A DNA stretch of 64,000 bases from Halorussus marinus (GTDB lineage: Archaea; Halobacteriota; Halobacteria; Halobacteriales; Haladaptataceae). The position numbers and the translations under genes are program-made. Of this stretch, positions 60,007 to 64,000 are shown piece by piece (positions within the stretch are counted from its first letter, which is position 1; each line of letters opens with the position of its first letter). The DNA lies in contig NZ_SBIV01000001.1 in NCBI RefSeq assembly GCF_004765795.1, positions 124,001 to 188,000 of the forward strand, written 5' to 3'. The notes beneath the pieces are model-generated. The model searched no databases, had not been told where the DNA came from, and was given only the letters and a program-made list of their open reading frames with translations.

Positions 60007-60423
60007 TCAGGCTTCGACCGACTCGGTGGGCGAATCGTCGGACGACGCCTCGCGCTTCGGGACTTGGACCTTGAGCGTCCCGCTCTCGGCCAGCGTCGCG
60101 GTCGCGGCCTCGGCGTCGACGACGGCGTCTGCGGGGAGTTCGGCCTCGCCGTCGAGCGAGAGCCCGCGACCCGGGAACACCATCTCGAACCCCTCGTGGA
60201 ACTCCCGGAAGCGGTCGATGCGCACGAGGACCGAGCCGTCGGCGTACCGGACCTGCACGTCGCTACCGGTCGCGCCCGGCGCGTCGAACACGACGAGGTA
60301 GGCGTCGTCGCTCTCGAGCAGGTCGACCGGGAGGGGTTTGGACTCGTGGATCTTGCTCGCGCCGCGGCCGACCCGGCGGAGGACGGCGCCGCCGACCGAC
60401 CGACCGAGTTCCCGGACGTTCAT
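60007..60423 (-). CDS. Hsp20/alpha-crystallin family protein
   Basis: DLLESDDAYLVVFDAPG, LP..A.V, GTL.V.VPK. Confidence 0.88.
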   Translation of the reverse strand: MNVRELGRSVGGAVLRRVGRGASKIHESKPLPVDLLESDDAYLVVFDAPGATGSDVQVRYADGSVLVRIDRFREFHEGFEMVFPGRGLSLDGEAELPADAVVDAEAATATLAESGTLKVQVPKREASSDDSPTESVEA

Positions 60424-60578
60424 AGCTCGATTTCGTCGAGCGAGTCGGTCTGGGCGCAGTACGGACACTGGAAGTCGGAGACGCCGGTCTCCTCGGGCAT
60501 GTCGTAGGTGTAGTGCAGTTCGAACATGTCGAGTTCGCAGTCCTCGTTCGTGCACTTCACTTCGAGGGTGGCAGGCAT
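60420..60578 (-). CDS. 52-aa Zn-finger microprotein (CPxC type), absent from the ORF track
   Basis: MPATLEVKCTNEDCELDMFELHYTYDMPEETGVSDFQCPYCAQTDSLDEIEL; ATGA overlap with hsp20; TTTATA about 25 nt upstream. Confidence 0.88.
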   Translation of the reverse strand: MPATLEVKCTNEDCELDMFELHYTYDMPEETGVSDFQCPYCAQTDSLDEIEL

Positions 60579-60705
60579 ACGCTGAACCTAACGCCTGCGC
60601 GACTATAAACACGCGGGCTTCGGCGAGTCCACGCTGCTCTCGGCCGGCTCCGGCCCCGGGGCCGGTCCGCGGTCGGGACGCCCGTCGGGCCCGGCGCCCC
60701 GAGCG

Positions 60706-60746
60706 TGTAGTCACTGTTTTACCCGTCGGCGGGCAATGTGACTACA
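60706..60746. promoter_or_regulatory. 9-bp inverted repeat TGTAGTCAC-N23-GTGACTACA enclosing the radical SAM promoter
   Basis: Arms at 60706-60714 and 60738-60746; TTTTA at 60717-60721 inside. Confidence 0.5.
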
Positions 60747-62473
60747 TGACCGACCTCGCGGACCTCGACGTGACGCTCGTGGACGGGTACGTCGACGAAC
60801 CCGCCCACTTCGGCGTCCCGCCGTACATCTCGACGTACCCCCGATACACCGCCGGGGCGATCGTGGACGCCGGCGTCCCCGAGGCCAACGTCACCTATCA
60901 CACCATCGACGAACTCCGCGACGACAGCGCGCGGTGGCGCGACGTGGAGGACGCCGACCTGTTCGTCTACCTCGGGGGCATGACCGTCCCCGGCAAGTAC
61001 GTCGGGGGCACGCCCGCCGAACCCGACGAGGTGCGAAAGCTGGCGTGGACCGCCGACGGGACCAGCCTGATGGGCGGTCCCGTCAAGTTCGGCGTCGGCG
61101 ACGAGAACGCCGGCGGCACCGAGACCGAGCGCGACGACCTCGACTTCGACTTCGTGGCGAAAGGCGACGTGGAGGCCGCCGCCTACGACTTGCTCGACAG
61201 CGGGTTCGAGGGGTTCAACAACCGGATGCGCGACAACGAGGAGATCGACCGGTGGGCCGCGAAGGGGGCGTTCGTGATCGAACACCACCCCAACCACCCC
61301 GACTACCTCATCGCCGAGATGGAGACCTCCCGGGGGTGTCCCTACCGGTGTTCGTTCTGCACCGAACCCCTGTACGGCAACCCCTCGTTCCGGCGGCCCG
61401 AGTCGGTCGTCGCGGAGGTCGAGACCCTCTACGACCGCGGGGCGCGCCACTTCCGGCTCGGCCGGCAGGCCGACATCCTCGCGTACGGCGGCGACGGCGA
61501 GAAGCCCAACCCCGACGCCCTCCGCGAGCTCTACGGCGGCATCCGGTCGGTCGCCCCCGACCTCGAAACCCTCCACCTCGACAACATGAACCCCATCACC
61601 GTGGTGGAGTGGCCCGAACTGGCCCGGGAGGGCATCAGGGTGATCGCCGAGCACAACACGCCGGGCGACACCGCGGCGTTCGGCCTCGAATCGGCCGACC
61701 CCCTCGTTCAGGAGGAGAACAACCTCAACGTCACCGCCGAGGAGTGTTTCCGGGCAGTGGAGATCGTCAACGAGGAAGCGGGGTGGCGGCCTGGAGAGGA
61801 CCCCGAGAACGCTCCGACGCACGGCGAGGACGCCGCGAACCGCCTCCCGAAGCTCCTGCCCGGCATCAACCTCCTCCACGGGCTGAAAGGCGAGCGCCGC
61901 GAGACGTTCGAGCACAACAAGGCGTTTCTCGAACGGGTGTACGACGCCGGCCTGATGCTCCGGCGTGTCAACATCCGGCAGGTGATGGCGTTCGACGGCA
62001 CCGAGATGAGCGACGTGGGCGCGGACATCGCCAAGGACCACAAGAAGCTGTTCAAGCAGTACAAGACCGAGGTCCGCGAGGAGATCGACAACCCGATGCT
62101 CCGTCGGCTCGCGCCGGCGGGGACCGTCCTGCCCGACGTCCACCTCGAATACCACCGCGACGGCCGGACGTTCGGTCGACAGCTCGGCACCTACCCCCTG
62201 CTCGTGGGCATCCCGGGCGAGCGCGAACTCGGCCGGACGATCGACGTGGCGGTCGTCGACCACGGCTACCGGTCGGTGACGGGCGTGCCGTATCCGCTCG
62301 ATCTCAACAGCGCGACGATGGACGAACTCACCGCGATCCCCGGACTCGGCACTCAGCGGGCGGGCAACGTCATCGTGAACCGGCCGTACGAGTCGCCGAC
62401 CGAGCTCTCGGCGGACGTGAGCGTGAATCTCGACTCGTTCGCGACCGCGGAGAACCCGGAAGGCGCGGACTGA
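60746..62473 (+). CDS. Radical SAM protein with C-terminal TRAM-like and helix-hairpin-helix domains
   Basis: SRGCPYRCSFC CxxxCxxC, GLES, GRQLGTYP, DLNSATMDELTAIPGLG HhH. Confidence 0.93.
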   Translation: MTDLADLDVTLVDGYVDEPAHFGVPPYISTYPRYTAGAIVDAGVPEANVTYHTIDELRDDSARWRDVEDADLFVYLGGMTVPGKYVGGTPAEPDEVRKLAWTADGTSLMGGPVKFGVGDENAGGTETERDDLDFDFVAKGDVEAAAYDLLDSGFEGFNNRMRDNEEIDRWAAKGAFVIEHHPNHPDYLIAEMETSRGCPYRCSFCTEPLYGNPSFRRPESVVAEVETLYDRGARHFRLGRQADILAYGGDGEKPNPDALRELYGGIRSVAPDLETLHLDNMNPITVVEWPELAREGIRVIAEHNTPGDTAAFGLESADPLVQEENNLNVTAEECFRAVEIVNEEAGWRPGEDPENAPTHGEDAANRLPKLLPGINLLHGLKGERRETFEHNKAFLERVYDAGLMLRRVNIRQVMAFDGTEMSDVGADIAKDHKKLFKQYKTEVREEIDNPMLRRLAPAGTVLPDVHLEYHRDGRTFGRQLGTYPLLVGIPGERELGRTIDVAVVDHGYRSVTGVPYPLDLNSATMDELTAIPGLGTQRAGNVIVNRPYESPTELSADVSVNLDSFATAENPEGAD

Positions 62474-63091
62474 CTACCCGACTCGCGCGACGATCTTTCT
62501 GGCGACGATCCCGGTCGAGACCGAACAGCCGACGTACCACGCGAGCCACACCTGGAGCGGGCCGACGATCGTCGCGGTCCACGCGACGTGTCCCACGACG
62601 GGGAGCGCGAGCGCGGCGGGCGCGACGGCGGCGCTCGGCGCCAGAAACACCCACCGCAGGTAGAGGAACGCCGGCACCGAGACGAGCATGCTCCAGACCA
62701 TCGGCCGGAACTGGGTCTTCATCTGGGCCAGCCAGTCGCCCATCAACTCTTGCTGTTCGGCGCGCAGTTCCTCGACGGCGTCGTCGTCACCGCGGTCCCG
62801 GGCGTTCTCGACGCGGTCGCGGATCTCGGTCATCCGATCGCGAAGCTCCGCCATCCGCTCTTGGTTCCGGAGCTTCGCGTTGAGTAGCGCCGACGACAGC
62901 CCCGCGGTGCCCGCCAGCAGGAAGACGAGCACCGAGAAGGGGACGAACGACGCCGCCGGCGCGAGCGCCGCCTGCATCCCGGCGCCGACGGCGGTCCCGA
63001 TCGGATCCACGAAGTACCCCGACAGCATGACGAGCGCGCCGACCCCGGCGAGCTTGTCGCGTGCGGTCCACCCCGCCGATTCGGTTGCCAT
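62474..63091 (-). CDS. DUF106 / EMC3-TMCO1 (Oxa1 superfamily) membrane protein
   Basis: TM - coiled coil - QFRPM - TM - W..WY..CS architecture. Confidence 0.8.
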   Translation of the reverse strand: MATESAGWTARDKLAGVGALVMLSGYFVDPIGTAVGAGMQAALAPAASFVPFSVLVFLLAGTAGLSSALLNAKLRNQERMAELRDRMTEIRDRVENARDRGDDDAVEELRAEQQELMGDWLAQMKTQFRPMVWSMLVSVPAFLYLRWVFLAPSAAVAPAALALPVVGHVAWTATIVGPLQVWLAWYVGCSVSTGIVARKIVARVG

Positions 63092-63307
63092 ACCAACAGG
63101 TTCCGGGCGAAGCGTTATCAATGCTTTCCCGCCACGGGGCGTCGGCCCGTCGGGACCAGATCGGCCGCGACGGCGTCCCACGCGTCGTTTCGGTGTCGGC
63201 GACGAGTCCGACCGGGCCGACCGCGAGCGAAGGTCGGCGGTGGCTCTCCGACGGGCGTCCCAAAGAGAACCCCGGGACGCGCTCGCGGCTCCGATCGCGA
63301 GCGAGCC

Positions 63308-63724
63308 CTAGAACTCTTCTTCGATGATCTCGCCGACCGCGAAGTTCGACTTGACTTCGGTGATCTCGACTTTCACGCGCTCGCCGATCTCGGCGTCGGG
63401 GACGATGATGACGTACCCGCGCTCGACGCGGGCGATGCCGTCGCCCTGCTTGCCGATGTCTTCGACCTCGACGTAGCGAATTTCGCCCTCCTCGACGGGG
63501 GGTTGCGGTTCCGACGACGTGGAAGTGCCGGAGCTTTCGCTCTTCGAACTCGACTCGGCGCTCGACGACTCGGAGTCGTCCGCGATGAGTGCGACCCGAT
63601 AGGTCTCGCCCGGCTCGACCGAGCCGGTTTCGATCTCGCGACGCGGCACCTCTACGACGTACTTGTCGTCCTCGATAGTGACATCAGCACTGAACAGACA
63701 CAGGAGTTTGTCAGAGATCTCCAA
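63308..63724 (-). CDS. TRAM-domain RNA-binding protein
   Basis: TTG start LEISDKLLCLF; PPVEEGE...IGKQGDGIARVERGYVIIVP. Confidence 0.92.
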   Translation of the reverse strand: MEISDKLLCLFSADVTIEDDKYVVEVPRREIETGSVEPGETYRVALIADDSESSSAESSSKSESSGTSTSSEPQPPVEEGEIRYVEVEDIGKQGDGIARVERGYVIIVPDAEIGERVKVEITEVKSNFAVGEIIEEEF

Positions 63725-63931
63725 GGTTATATGCCTCCGTTCGGACGCAAGGGAGTAGGCCATAAAGAACTTTACCACCGACCTTTCAAATCCCCGAGAG
63801 TATCTGGCCGAACGAGCGCCGCCGGGCGGCCCAGCCGCGGCCAGCGAGCGCCTGTCGGCAGTTCCGCGACCCGGCGAGACTCGCGGCCGGACTGTCAGAT
63901 GCCGGAGTTGAACGGCGATCGGCGATCGCTC

Positions 63932-64000
63932 TCAGCCGTCGTAGGTCGAGCCGTCCGGTCGTTTGGCGCCCTCCGAGTCGTGGACGACCACGCCCCCGTC
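63932..64000 (-). CDS. C-terminal end of a gene running off the window
   Basis: Open frame DGGVVVHDSEGAKRPDGSTYDG-stop. Confidence 0.55.
   Translation of the reverse strand, partial: DGGVVVHDSEGAKRPDGSTYDG

Noticed and set aside
638..62883. Many long alternative-frame and antisense ORFs (e.g. 2832-5075, 12613-14826, 48625-50802, 60934-62883)
   Set aside because: Arg/Pro/Gly-rich or Ser-rich shadows of real genes, caused by high GC and codon bias; no family motifs and not acidic
63092..63307. GC-rich intergenic stems (also 28261-28390, 60610-60700) as tRNA/ncRNA or MITE
   Set aside because: No cloverleaf, terminal inverted repeats or second copy seen; hairpins are expected at this GC content
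1..64000. Mobile elements, prophage or defence systems
   Set aside because: No transposase, integrase, restriction-modification, toxin-antitoxin or extended low-GC island recognised

Overview
A high-GC haloarchaeal (Halobacteria) chromosomal segment with acidic proteins, leaderless TATA promoters, a Tat lipoprotein and PGF-CTERM proteins. It is densely packed with about 70 mostly core genes. These include a sugar (probably glucose) ABC operon, fumC, gatE, the bacterioruberin cluster crtD-lyeJ-cruF plus crtB, cetZ2, ppa, rosR, rnhA, tfb, nreA, trmJ, btuCDF, srp19-gar1, a presenilin-like protease, pantoate kinase, fni, a thermosome subunit, a ROK glucokinase and a radical SAM-TRAM enzyme. No rRNA, tRNA, CRISPR, transposase or integrase was seen. 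The most notable signals are small and regulatory: (1) three exact and one near-exact TrmB-type TACT-N7-GAGTA boxes, one in front of an unannotated promoter and 27-codon ORF between convergent genes; (2) a membrane-anchored DHH/DHHA1 protein with all catalytic motifs degenerate, lying between ppa and a nucleotide pyrophosphatase; (3) a leaderless 13-codon uORF before a luciferase-fold-like gene; (4) an orphan promoter and short ORF antisense to bolA; (5) pilin-locus-like genes beside cetZ2 without pilB/pilC. Family assignments are from motif recognition and memory, not database searches.
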